Shown one piece after another: positions 9,394 to 18,629 of a DNA stretch of 41,853 nucleotides. Each line of letters opens with the position of its first letter. Position 1 is the first letter of the stretch. The position numbers and the translations under genes are program-made. The DNA comes from a virus. Its lineage: Duplodnaviria; Caudoviricetes. Under the pieces are notes generated by a model. That model did no database searches, was not told where the DNA came from, and saw only the letters and a program-made list of their open reading frames with translations. The DNA is taken from the IMG/VR virus record IMGVR_UViG_3300037307_000894, positions 1 through 41,853 of that record, one strand, 5' to 3'.

Positions 9394-12350
9394 GCCCCCC
9401 GCGACAGTTCGCGCAGCGCCTGAGCCAGCTGCATCGCCGTTTCACGCGACGACTGAACGGTGTGCGGCTTGCCGCCGACGTGGAAGCGCAGGTCGACCAC
9501 GTCCCGGGCCGGCGTGCCGTTGTCGCCGGCCATCATCGCCATCTGGCTCACGGCATTGCCTACCGCCCCGCCAGCGGCGAAGCGCGGCATGGTGGGCAGG
9601 AAGCCGGCATTGAGCGAAGCGAAGAAGGCCTCGCCGAACTTGCGCACGCTGGCGGCCCGGATGACGAATTCGCCGTGCGAGAGCAGTGCCGGTACCGAAT
9701 CCGAAGTTTCCGTGCCAGGGCCGAAGATACGTCCCGACATCCGCCGAAACCCCTCGGCCACGGCCTGCCCGCCCTCTGCCAGTTTCTGGATCAGGCCGCC
9801 TTGGGCATTGGTGTAGACCTTGGTGACGTAGATCGTGTGGGTGCTCGACGTCGGACGCAGCAATTCCGACACGGCCGCCCGGTACTGATTCAGGTCGGGC
9901 TGCACGGTGTGTGTAGCCGAGGTCGGCGCGGACAGCACGGTCTTGGCATCCAGTGCGAACGACGCCAGCTGCTGCCGGGGCTGGTCGAAGGACACCAGCG
10001 CCGGGATTTCCACGTTGGCACCGGCCAGCGTGCCCTTGAGCCGGTCGATGTCGGCAATGACCTGACTCGTGTCGGCCTCCACCTTGGCGAGCAGTTGCAG
10101 GTTGTCCGCGTCGGACTTGAGTTTCTCCAGGGAAGCTTGCGCCTCCTTGGTGTCAGCCTGAATCTTGGCGACGAGTTGCTGCGCCTCGGTCAGTGCTTTC
10201 AGTTTCTCGATGCCGGCCTTCGCGGCCTCGATGTCGACCTCGAGCTTGAGCTTGTCCTGCGCGAGCAATTGGCTCCGTAGCTTGTCCAGTTCATCCGAAA
10301 CGGAAGCCAGGGCACGCTTGGCTTCGTCGGCACCCTGGCCGGCAGCGCTGGCGGCCTGCTTGTGCGCATCGCCCAACCCCTTGAGCGCGGCATCGGCGAT
10401 GCCGGCGGCCTCCTTGATCTCGCCGATGGCCGTGGCCGCCGCCTGACCTTCGGAGACAACAGTCTGCGTCACCGTCTTGCCGTTCTGCTCGACCTGGCGG
10501 GTCACGGCCGAAGCGGTGCGCTCTGCCAGGGCGATGGCCTCCTCGGCGAGTTTGCGGGCCTGCTCGTAGTTTCCGGCGGCGAGCGCCGCACGCGCCTGCG
10601 CCTGCTTCTCGTCGATCTGGCGCAGCCGATCCTGATAGGCCGCGTACTCGTCCATCCCCTTGCGGGACAGCTCGCGGATACGATCCTCGACCGAGAGGCG
10701 CAGGTTGAGCCTGGCTTCGTCGGCCGCCTTGGCCGCCTGCAGGTGGCGCTGCTCCTCGGCAATCAGCCGGTCGACCGTGGCGCGGTAGGCGGATTCCAGC
10801 TGTGAGTAGATGGCAATGCGCGCCTCGACCGCCTGCCGCTCGATGGCTTGCACATCCTGGCCGGCGGCGCGAGCGAGCGCCACGGCCTGACCGTAGGTGG
10901 CCTTCCAGGCCGACTCCATCTGCCGCGCCCCGGCTTCCACCGCCGCGAGCTTTTCGCGCTCGGCAGAGAGCAATGCTTGGGCCGACTCGCGGATAGCAGC
11001 CGCCTCGGAGCGCGCGGCATTCTGCGCCGCCGCTTCCTGCCGCTTGTAGTTCGACTCGATCTCGGCGACGCGGGCATCCCAGATCGCCTTGATATCGGCG
11101 GCGACCTGCTTGTAACTCGCCGACAACTGCTTGACCGTCTCGGCCGCCTTCTTGGTTTCGGCATCGAGCGCCTGCCGAATCGCCTCGCCGGCCTGGGTGG
11201 CCGCACCCTGGATGGCGCGCAGCGCATCCGCCGTGCCAGGCAGCGCAGCCTTCAATCGCTCGGCGGCCTGCGCCGCCAGCATCATCTGGGTTTTGACGGA
11301 GAGCGTGCCGGTATTGGCCAGTTCCTCCATCGCGGCAGTCAGCTGTTCCAGTTGCTGACGCTGCCGGTTCATCTCGTCGATGGCACGATTGGTTTCGCGG
11401 ATGTCCTGCACCATCTTGACGATGCCGCGCCCCATCTCCCAGACTGCAACCGCCGCGAGCACCGGCAGGAAGCGCATGAAGGCAGCCTTGAGGACATTCA
11501 CGGCTTCCAGCAGCTTGGCCGCCGCTGCGACACCCTTGATGACCAGCACGGTGACAACGATCTCGCCGAGCACGCGCAGCACGGCCATGATCTCCTCGCC
11601 GTGACTGGCTAGGGCCACTAGTGCATCGGCCAGCGCCTGCAGCGCCGGCAGCGCGGCTTCCGCGACCTTCATGGCGATGCCAGAGAGAGCCTGCTTCACC
11701 GTGTCGAGGGTGTCGTTGAACTTCTCGGCGGCCTTCGCGGTGTCACCGCTGATCTCGAGGCCCAGCTCCTTGAACTTCTGTTTCAACTGCTCAATGCCGG
11801 CCCTGCCTTGGTTCAGGAAGGGAATCAGTTCGACGCCGCTCTTGCCGAAGAGCTTCACGGCCAGCGCCGAATTCTCGGCTCCATCGGGCATCGCCGCGAA
11901 GGCATCGGCGAGGTCGAGCAGCACCTCCTCGGTCGGGCGCAACTGGCCGGCGGCATCCTTGACCGAGACGCCGAGCCGGCCGAAGGCCTCGACCTGCTCC
12001 TTCGATCCGCCCGCCGCCTCGACCATCGCAGTCGCCAGCTTCTGCATCCCCTTGGCCAGACCCTCCAGCGAAATACCGGACTGCTCGGCGATAGGTTTCA
12101 GCAGCGACAGCGACTCGACCGAGATGCCGGTCTTCTGCGAGAGCTTGGAGAGGTTGTCGGCGGTATCGAGCGCGGCCTTGCCGGCAGCGACCAGTGCGCC
12201 GAGCGACAAGGCGGCACCCAAGCCCGCCAGCACGCCGTTGACCTTGCTGGCCACCGACGACAGGCCCTCCAGATTCGCCTTCACCGAGGCGAGCGCCGCC
12301 TTGGTCTGGTCGATAGCGGTGATGAGGATTTGGGTGCGGTCAGATGCCAC
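9390..12350 (-). CDS. Tail tape measure protein
   Basis: 986 aa, A/Q/E-rich helical; C-terminal GPGTETSDSVPALLSHGEFVIRAASV motif typical of TMPs. Confidence 0.92.
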   Translation of the reverse strand: MASDRTQILITAIDQTKAALASVKANLEGLSSVASKVNGVLAGLGAALSLGALVAAGKAALDTADNLSKLSQKTGISVESLSLLKPIAEQSGISLEGLAKGMQKLATAMVEAAGGSKEQVEAFGRLGVSVKDAAGQLRPTEEVLLDLADAFAAMPDGAENSALAVKLFGKSGVELIPFLNQGRAGIEQLKQKFKELGLEISGDTAKAAEKFNDTLDTVKQALSGIAMKVAEAALPALQALADALVALASHGEEIMAVLRVLGEIVVTVLVIKGVAAAAKLLEAVNVLKAAFMRFLPVLAAVAVWEMGRGIVKMVQDIRETNRAIDEMNRQRQQLEQLTAAMEELANTGTLSVKTQMMLAAQAAERLKAALPGTADALRAIQGAATQAGEAIRQALDAETKKAAETVKQLSASYKQVAADIKAIWDARVAEIESNYKRQEAAAQNAARSEAAAIRESAQALLSAEREKLAAVEAGARQMESAWKATYGQAVALARAAGQDVQAIERQAVEARIAIYSQLESAYRATVDRLIAEEQRHLQAAKAADEARLNLRLSVEDRIRELSRKGMDEYAAYQDRLRQIDEKQAQARAALAAGNYEQARKLAEEAIALAERTASAVTRQVEQNGKTVTQTVVSEGQAAATAIGEIKEAAGIADAALKGLGDAHKQAASAAGQGADEAKRALASVSDELDKLRSQLLAQDKLKLEVDIEAAKAGIEKLKALTEAQQLVAKIQADTKEAQASLEKLKSDADNLQLLAKVEADTSQVIADIDRLKGTLAGANVEIPALVSFDQPRQQLASFALDAKTVLSAPTSATHTVQPDLNQYRAAVSELLRPTSSTHTIYVTKVYTNAQGGLIQKLAEGGQAVAEGFRRMSGRIFGPGTETSDSVPALLSHGEFVIRAASVRKFGEAFFASLNAGFLPTMPRFAAGGAVGNAVSQMAMMAGDNGTPARDVVDLRFHVGGKPHTVQSSRETAMQLAQALRELSRGA

Positions 12351-12353
12351 GGG

Positions 12354-13007
12354 TTACAGACCTTTTGCGTTGAGTTGTTGCAGGATTGCGGTGGAGAGCT
12401 TGGGCATTTGGGAGCGCACGAGTCCAGGCAGGTCGAAACGCCCACGCAGGGTCACACTCGGCACCAGCACGGCGATGGGAACTTCCTGGCTGCGCTTGAT
12501 CGACTTCGCCCCGGTGCGGCCACGCTCGGCACGCTTGAAGCGGCGCAGCTCGGCGGTGTTGTCCTTGATGTTCTCGGCCATCAGGATCACCTTGCCGTTC
12601 TTCTCGATGAAGAAGGCATTGCCCGCGCGCATCAGGCCGTCGACCACACGGCGGAACGCTTTGCGGCCGATGCGCTGGTGCTCGGGCAGGAGCGGAATCA
12701 GCATTCGCCCGCCGATGGTGCCACCACGCACATGGATGCCCAGCCACGAGATACGCGAGCCAACCAGCAGCGCGGGAAATTTCTCGGGACTGCCGGCGTA
12801 AAGTTTGTGGCACATCGACTTCAAGAACCCGGCTTTCCTCACCTTGAAGGCCGATTGCATCCGGGACTGGGCCACTTGGACGATCTCCTTGCCTGCGACC
12901 TTCATCCCGGCCTCGACTGCCTTGCGGATCGCCCGGCGTTTCTCCGGCACCCAACTATCGAGCCGCTTCGGGTCGAGCAGGCCCGAGGTGGTGAGCGAAA
13001 GTTTCAT
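12354..13007 (-). CDS. DUF6441-like basic protein (possible tail completion protein)
   Basis: K/R-rich 217 aa, VPIAVLVPSVTL motif, coupled to its neighbours. Confidence 0.6.
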   Translation of the reverse strand: MKLSLTTSGLLDPKRLDSWVPEKRRAIRKAVEAGMKVAGKEIVQVAQSRMQSAFKVRKAGFLKSMCHKLYAGSPEKFPALLVGSRISWLGIHVRGGTIGGRMLIPLLPEHQRIGRKAFRRVVDGLMRAGNAFFIEKNGKVILMAENIKDNTAELRRFKRAERGRTGAKSIKRSQEVPIAVLVPSVTLRGRFDLPGLVRSQMPKLSTAILQQLNAKGL

Positions 13008-13276
13008 TGGGTGATTTCCTTCAGGAGTCGCTTGATTTCGGCACTGCCGCCGCGCTGTGCGGTGACCAGCAGGGCGAACTGCGTGGCCAGATCGTCACGT
13101 TCGTCACGGTCGATGGCCGCAAGAAACGCCCGCACCTGCGCGAGCGTGTAGGTCAGGATGTCGGGGTAACGATGGCCGGATCGGATGAGCCGGGCGATGG
13201 CATCTGACCAGGGATTAGCGTGCCGATGGTTTGGCTCACCCGCGTGATTTCCGGCACCACGCGACGGATAAAAAAA
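13004..13276 (-). CDS. Tail assembly chaperone GT extension (-1 frameshift product)
   Basis: Open -1 frame from the slippery T7 run (13270-13276) to the stop at 13004; no independent RBS/ATG. Confidence 0.75.
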   Translation of the reverse strand, partial: FFYPSRGAGNHAGEPNHRHANPWSDAIARLIRSGHRYPDILTYTLAQVRAFLAAIDRDERDDLATQFALLVTAQRGGSAEIKRLLKEITQ

Positions 13277-13575
13277 TCCGCATTGGCTCCGAACACCGCC
13301 TCGGCCAACCGGATCGCATCGTCCAGGGCCAGGCCCGACACCCACTCCGGCGGACGGCGGCAGGCGATGGCCAGCGCCAGGATCACCGACTCGCCATCCT
13401 CGGACAGCAGGCGCAGCCAGTCGGGATCGGGGCCGAGCTTCCCGGCGATGGGGCGCACGGTGCGGGCGAAGATCGGCAGTTCGCCCACCTTGAGGGGCGT
13501 AATGTCGAGTGTCTCGCCGCCGATGACGAGGGACTCAGGCACCGGCGGCAGGGCCGCGAAGAGGTTCTCGGTCAT
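13153..13575 (-). CDS. Tail assembly chaperone G
   Basis: Lies between the major tail and TMP genes; contains GCG GAT TTT TTT ATC. Confidence 0.8.
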   Translation of the reverse strand: MTENLFAALPPVPESLVIGGETLDITPLKVGELPIFARTVRPIAGKLGPDPDWLRLLSEDGESVILALAIACRRPPEWVSGLALDDAIRLAEAVFGANADFFIRRVVPEITRVSQTIGTLIPGQMPSPGSSDPAIVTPTS

Positions 13576-13580
13576 GGCGA

Positions 13581-14336
13581 TCACCCGAGCTGGACGATGC
13601 GGCCGAACTGGCCCAGCACCGCGTCGTAGGGTTTCGTCGAATCCGCCAACAGCGAGCCCTCCAATTCGAACTTGTTGAGGTCGTTCGAGATGATGTCGAA
13701 CTTCTTCAACGGGTCGAAGGCCACGCGGTAGAGTTCGATCAGCACCTTGGCGTTGCCGGCGGCGGTGTTCACCCCTTCGAGGCGCAGGAAGCGCTCGGGT
13801 AGGGGCTGCGTGAAAATCCCGATCTCGGTCACTGCGCCGAAGGTGTAGCTCGCCTTGAACGGGGTGGTGAGGCCGGTGACGTCCAGGAACTGGATTGCAC
13901 CAAAATCCTCATCAGCCGTGTAGTGCGTACCTGCAGTCAGGGTAGCGGGCGTGCCGGCGGAATCCACCAGGGTCAGGGCCGACACCTTGGGGTGCGCGAG
14001 GAAGTAGCGGTCGCCGATCATGGGTGCCGCCCCGCCGACCGGCTCGTCTGTGACGCTACCGCCGGCATCGGTGACATGGCTGCCATAGAGTGCGAGCGAC
14101 AGGTTCTCCTTGGTAAATTCCTCGATGGTGAGCGCGACCGTGGCGGATTTCTGCTTGACCAGGCGCAGGTCGACCGCACGCTGGCCGGTCTGGCTCTCGT
14201 AGTGCTCGATGACGTCGGTCTTGAGCGAGAGCGACAGATCGGCGACGTTGCCAGGCGATCGGACGTTGATGGGTTCGCCATTGGTGTTGCGTTCGCCGAG
14301 ATAGACCCGGCCTTGAAACGATGCGTAGTAGGACAT
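13581..14336 (-). CDS. Major tail tube protein
   Basis: YASFQGRVYLG...GNVADLSL...HYESQTGQR...LYRV tube-protein pattern; AAGGAG RBS. Confidence 0.8.
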   Translation of the reverse strand: MSYYASFQGRVYLGERNTNGEPINVRSPGNVADLSLSLKTDVIEHYESQTGQRAVDLRLVKQKSATVALTIEEFTKENLSLALYGSHVTDAGGSVTDEPVGGAAPMIGDRYFLAHPKVSALTLVDSAGTPATLTAGTHYTADEDFGAIQFLDVTGLTTPFKASYTFGAVTEIGIFTQPLPERFLRLEGVNTAAGNAKVLIELYRVAFDPLKKFDIISNDLNKFELEGSLLADSTKPYDAVLGQFGRIVQLG

Positions 14337-14342
14337 GATGGG

Positions 14343-14540
14343 TTACTCCTTGAGGGTCTTGACGGTCTTCACCGAGGCATCGGGTGCATCTGGTGCAGGT
14401 TCCGGGCGATGGCTAGCCGGTTCGCCGATCTGGTGGTCGGTCAACCAGCGGGCGGTGTGCTCGTCCACGTCGAGGACGTGTCCGGCGGGATAAGCCACCC
14501 CGGCATGGGTGTGGGTGACCTTGAGTTTCAGCTTGGGCAT
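14343..14540 (-). CDS. Small conserved phage protein (DUF7210-like)
   Basis: THTHAGVAYPAG..LDVDEHTARWL; GGAGG RBS. Confidence 0.65.
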   Translation of the reverse strand: MPKLKLKVTHTHAGVAYPAGHVLDVDEHTARWLTDHQIGEPASHRPEPAPDAPDASVKTVKTLKE

Positions 14541-14542
14541 GT

Positions 14543-14974
14543 TCAGCCTCCTTGAGAGATGTCGGAAACGAGGGTGCGGTAAGTGATGCGGTAGTACGAA
14601 GGGATGGCAATGGCCTCAACGTCGGCGTCTTCCGCCTGGTAGTCGGCGTCCATCTCGGCGACATTCAGGGCCAGGCCACCGAGGGTGGCGTCCAGCAGCA
14701 ACGCTGAATGCGCGCGGCACAGCAGATCGTCAGCGACGGCATACCCATCGGTCGGATCGCGGGCATGTCCAATGACGCGCAAGACGAGTTCGCGCTCCAC
14801 GCGGTCATTGCTGCGCTTCACCGGGGCGTCGGAAGCGATGCTCACGACAAGTACCGGTGCCTGTTCGCGAGTGATCGCCGTGACGGGTTGGCGTAGCACG
14901 ATGACGGGGGCAACCGCCGACTGGCAGCGCACCATCACTTCACGAACGATTTGCTCGCGTCTGGATTGGGGCAT
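14543..14974 (-). CDS. Tail terminator protein (lambda gpU-like)
   Basis: SRREQI...ADDLL..AHSALL.D.TLGGLA...Y.ITYRT; positioned before the major tail gene. Confidence 0.7.
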   Translation of the reverse strand: MPQSRREQIVREVMVRCQSAVAPVIVLRQPVTAITREQAPVLVVSIASDAPVKRSNDRVERELVLRVIGHARDPTDGYAVADDLLCRAHSALLLDATLGGLALNVAEMDADYQAEDADVEAIAIPSYYRITYRTLVSDISQGG

Positions 14975-15015
14975 AAGGGCTCCGATACAATGAAACCGAT
15001 AAAGGGAGATACCGT

Positions 15016-15651
15016 TTGGCAACGGAAACCAAAACCAAGAAACACCGCAGTAGTCAGTCGACGCCCGACCACTACGTCCTGCGCGTCGAACTGATGGGCA
15101 TCCAGCCCGCCATCTGGCGACGGATCCATCTGGACGGCCGCACGCGGCTCGATGCCCTGCATCACATCCTTCAGGCCGCCATGGGCTGGTCGGATTCCCA
15201 CCTGCACAAGTTCGAGATACGCGGCAAGCACTACGGTGTTCCGGATCCCGAGTTCACCGACCCCGGTTGGGAAGTGCTCGACGAGAAGAAATACCGGCTC
15301 AATCAACTGCTGGCCGAGGGCGATGCCTGCGACTACCTGTACGACTTCGGCGACGGCTGGCTGCACCGCATCACGGTCGAGGCGATCAGGGACGTCAAAC
15401 CAAGTCCGAATGACGGCGGTTTTGCCTGGGTCGAGGCTGGCGAGCGCGCCTGCCCGCCCGACGACGCAGGCGGTCCAGGCGGCTACCAGGACTTTCTGGA
15501 TCGGTTGGATGACGACCCCTACGGCGACGAAACCAAGTCATTCCAGGAGTGGGCCGGACTGGACTTCGATCCTGAGCGCTTTGACCGCCAGGCCGTGAAT
15601 GCCACCCTCAGTCGCATGCTCTGGAACCGCTGGATCAAGATCGGCCCCTGA
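15016..15651 (+). CDS. Plasmid pRiA4b ORF-3 family protein (antisense moron)
   Basis: PAIWRRI..LDALHHILQAAMGW.DSHLHKF, YLYDFGDGWLHRI, GERACPPDDAGGPGGY; GGGAG RBS with TTG start. Confidence 0.9.
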   Translation: MATETKTKKHRSSQSTPDHYVLRVELMGIQPAIWRRIHLDGRTRLDALHHILQAAMGWSDSHLHKFEIRGKHYGVPDPEFTDPGWEVLDEKKYRLNQLLAEGDACDYLYDFGDGWLHRITVEAIRDVKPSPNDGGFAWVEAGERACPPDDAGGPGGYQDFLDRLDDDPYGDETKSFQEWAGLDFDPERFDRQAVNATLSRMLWNRWIKIGP

Positions 15652-15656
15652 TCGGC

Positions 15657-15938
15657 TCACAGCCGCGCCAGACGCGCCCGGCACTCGTTCCCGTCCCGCA
15701 AGGCAATCACTTCACGCACGCGGTAGGACTGGCCTGCGATCTCGACCATATCCCCGACCGAGAGCAACAGACGCTCGGTCGGAAACTCGATCTCGTAGTC
15801 GCGCGAGAGCGCCAGGCCGTCGAGTATCGTCTCGTCGGGTGCGCGGAATCCGCACTCGACGATCAGGGCACCGACCTTGACGGGCGTGAGAAGCCCCGCG
15901 CGGGCAGCGGCGTCGTAAAGATCAGCCACGCCTACCAT
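15657..15938 (-). CDS. Head-tail joining protein (gpFII-like)
   Basis: GDMVEIAGQSYRVREV..DG.E motif; TGATG overlap with the capsid stop codon. Confidence 0.75.
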   Translation of the reverse strand: MVGVADLYDAAARAGLLTPVKVGALIVECGFRAPDETILDGLALSRDYEIEFPTERLLLSVGDMVEIAGQSYRVREVIALRDGNECRARLARL

Positions 15939-16942
15939 CAGGCGCTCGTCAGCTTCACCAGCACACCGGGGCGGTGACACATCGGCAGCGGGTTCGACTG
16001 GGTGTGCAGATCCGTGCCGCGCTCGAACTTCCTCGGTTCCTGTTTGGCGTAAAGCGGCTGACCGAGGGTGTTGACCGTCTCGTTGAAGTCCGCCGGGGCC
16101 AAGTAGGTGCCGAAGGTGTCGACCGTGCCCAGGGGGAAGGCATGCGCCTCACCCGGGGCAATGAACTTGCGCACCGTGCCGTTGATGTCGCTCGCCTGGC
16201 CTCGATACTCCTCGAAGGTGATGCCGCCGAAGGTGAAGCCGGAGCGCACGTCGTTGATCAGGATTGCCCCCTGCTGCCAGTTGGTGTAGGCCTCCTTGAC
16301 CGCCTTGTGGGTGGTCAGCGCCCGGAAAAACTGGGGCGAGCAGAGCACGTGCACATCGGTCATGAACTCGCCCTTCAGGTTGTCCTCGATTTCGGCGAGC
16401 ACGTCGTAGCAGTGGCCCTTGATGTCGCTGTTGGCATTCGCAAGATCGAAGTTGATCGACGTCTGTGAGAGGCCGAACTCTGTGTAGAGGTCGTAGATGG
16501 TGCTGCCGTCGGCATCGAGGATCTGGCCCTTGAGCGCACCCATGCGCAGGTGTTCCAGGGTGATGGCATGCTTGTTGCGCATGGTTTCCAGGTGACGCGC
16601 CATCACGCCGGCAATCGCCTCCGTCTCGGTTTCGGAGCCGAAGGCGCGGATGCCCTGCACTTCCTCGGGCAGCACCACGTCGTCGTGCGGAATGTGCGGG
16701 ATGACGAAGGAACGCAGGGTGCGGGTGCCGCGCTCGCCCACGGTGCCCGGCGAGCCCGGCGCTTTCGTCGGCAGGAGGTTCAGTCGCCCGGCGTACTCCT
16801 CGACGATGATCTGCCGAGTGCGCACCGGTTTGGCCGGAAACAGACCCAACTGCTCGATGCGGCCGTAGCGGTTGGGGATGAGGTTGATGGCCGTGGTGAG
16901 GCCCGCCATCGAGAAGCCGGGGTTGTCGAACGGGTTTTGCAT
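15938..16942 (-). CDS. Major capsid protein (lambda gpE family)
   Basis: 334 aa; TLEHLRMGALKG, QSNPLPMCHRPGVLVKL. Confidence 0.92.
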   Translation of the reverse strand: MQNPFDNPGFSMAGLTTAINLIPNRYGRIEQLGLFPAKPVRTRQIIVEEYAGRLNLLPTKAPGSPGTVGERGTRTLRSFVIPHIPHDDVVLPEEVQGIRAFGSETETEAIAGVMARHLETMRNKHAITLEHLRMGALKGQILDADGSTIYDLYTEFGLSQTSINFDLANANSDIKGHCYDVLAEIEDNLKGEFMTDVHVLCSPQFFRALTTHKAVKEAYTNWQQGAILINDVRSGFTFGGITFEEYRGQASDINGTVRKFIAPGEAHAFPLGTVDTFGTYLAPADFNETVNTLGQPLYAKQEPRKFERGTDLHTQSNPLPMCHRPGVLVKLTSA

Positions 16943-16954
16943 TTTTGGATCTCC

Positions 16955-16987
16955 AAAAAACGAAACCCGCCGTGTGGCGGGTTTTCG
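16955..16987 (-). terminator. Intrinsic terminator-like hairpin between the decoration and capsid genes
   Basis: Minus strand CGAAAACCCGCC-ACAC-GGCGGGTTTCG-TTTTTT, immediately followed by the GGAG RBS of the capsid gene. Confidence 0.6.
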
Positions 16988-17006
16988 GGGGGATGAGAGG
17001 GGCTGC

Positions 17007-17384
17007 TTATGCTGCGTCGCGCACCAGGATGCCGAGGGCGGCCAGTTGCGCTTCGGCAGCGGCCTTCTGTGATGCGGTGATGCCAGCCGGCCAGATCAGG
17101 GCGTTGCGCGCGACGATGGCGTGACGGGCCACCGCGATGGCGTCGTCCCGATCGATCAGCGTCGCGTCGGTGTCGGTGGCGAGCACGCACACGGCGGTTT
17201 CGGTGCCGTCGGTAGCGGCCGGTGCCAAGGCATACAACTTGCCGTCGGCAGTCTTCTTGCCGAGCACGGTGCCAAGTTGCAGGCTCTGTCCGGCGGCGAC
17301 CGTCGCTGCCTCGCGGGAATAGAGATTCGGTGCCTCGTACTTCAGGAGGTCGCCGAGGTTCTTGCTCTGGGTGATTGATGGCAT
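17007..17384 (-). CDS. Head decoration protein (gpD-like)
   Basis: YSRE..TVAAGQSL.LGTVLG...PAATDGTE.AV.VL. Confidence 0.88.
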   Translation of the reverse strand: MPSITQSKNLGDLLKYEAPNLYSREAATVAAGQSLQLGTVLGKKTADGKLYALAPAATDGTETAVCVLATDTDATLIDRDDAIAVARHAIVARNALIWPAGITASQKAAAEAQLAALGILVRDAA

Positions 17385-17387
17385 GTC

Positions 17388-18626
17388 TTACTCCTTGTGT
17401 ATGAGTTTTTTGACGGCGGCGACCACCGGCGAGGCCTCGGGGCGCTCGGGGGTTTCGGTACCGGCTTCCGGCGTGATGGTGGAATGGATGGGCGTAGCTT
17501 CAGATCGCGCGGCCTTGGCCTTACAAAGCACTCGGCGCACATCCGCTTCACTCTTGCCTTCCGCAATGAAGGCGGCAGCCTTGTCAGGGCAGCCGGCGAT
17601 CAAGCACAGTTCGGCGATGGCTTGGGCGGCTTGGGTGACTTCGCGGCGGGCCTCTGCCACCATGACTGCGGCAGCGTCGACGCCGATCATTTCAGGAACA
17701 GCTTCTTGGTCATGCATTGCATCCTCCTTAAGGGGGCTTGCCGCCTCGGTTCGAACGACTGCCCGAGCCTGAGGCGGTTTGCGGCTGCGGGAGCTGAGGT
17801 AAGTCGAGAATTCAGTGAGTGTTGCCTCCAGCGTGCCCACGGCATCGGCAAGACCGGCCGCCGTGGCATTCGGGCCGAAGTAGAGGGCTGCCTCGGTGGC
17901 GCGTACCGCCATTTCCGGCAGCCTGCGCATGGCGGCCACATGGTCGACGAAGATGTCGTAGAGGCGGTCGACCTCGGCTTGGAGTTCGCCCTTCGCTGTG
18001 TCGGTTAGCGGCTCGTGCGGCGAGAAATCATTCTTGTGCCGGCCCGCTGTGATCGCGGTGTAGCGGTAGCCGTCGTTGGCGTCCTTCACCGACTGGTCGA
18101 TGTGCAGCGCAATCACGCCGATCGAGCCGACGCCACCGGTTTCGGTGACGACGATGCGTTCGGCAGACGATGCGATGGCGTAGGCGGCCGAGAAGGCGGC
18201 ATCGTTGGCCACGGCCCAGACCGGTTTCACGGCGGTGGCTTCGCGCACGCGGCGGGCGAGTTCGAAGCTGCCGGAAGCCTCACCACCCGGCGAATCGACA
18301 TCCAGCAGGATTCCGGTGACACTGGGGTCGGCCAGGGCCTCATCGAGCATCGCGCCGATATCCTGGTAGCTCGTGAGCCCCGAGGCCGCTTCCAGTCCCA
18401 AGGTGCGCTTTACCAGCGTGCCGTGGATCGGAATCACGGTGATGCCGACCACGCCTTGCATGTTCGAACGGGGTGTGGGTACTGCCGCCAGCAGTTCCTT
18501 GGCATCGGCAGGGATCGGGCTGTCGATCCCCAATCGTGGCCCGATGGCGGACAGGATCACGTCGAGCTTGGCACGATGGACGAGCAACGGCGTCCCGAAG
18601 ATACGGGAGGCGAGATGTGGCAGCAT
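17388..18626 (-). CDS. S49 family capsid protease/scaffold (gpC-like)
   Basis: LLDVDSPGG, AFSAAYAIAS, GSIGV S49 motifs. Confidence 0.92.
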   Translation of the reverse strand: MLPHLASRIFGTPLLVHRAKLDVILSAIGPRLGIDSPIPADAKELLAAVPTPRSNMQGVVGITVIPIHGTLVKRTLGLEAASGLTSYQDIGAMLDEALADPSVTGILLDVDSPGGEASGSFELARRVREATAVKPVWAVANDAAFSAAYAIASSAERIVVTETGGVGSIGVIALHIDQSVKDANDGYRYTAITAGRHKNDFSPHEPLTDTAKGELQAEVDRLYDIFVDHVAAMRRLPEMAVRATEAALYFGPNATAAGLADAVGTLEATLTEFSTYLSSRSRKPPQARAVVRTEAASPLKEDAMHDQEAVPEMIGVDAAAVMVAEARREVTQAAQAIAELCLIAGCPDKAAAFIAEGKSEADVRRVLCKAKAARSEATPIHSTITPEAGTETPERPEASPVVAAVKKLIHKE

Positions 18627-18629
18627 GAA

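Noticed and set aside
10317-10345. CTTGGCTT inside the tape measure gene
   Set aside because: Lacks AGCGC at N11 and any downstream RBS/ORF; chance match.
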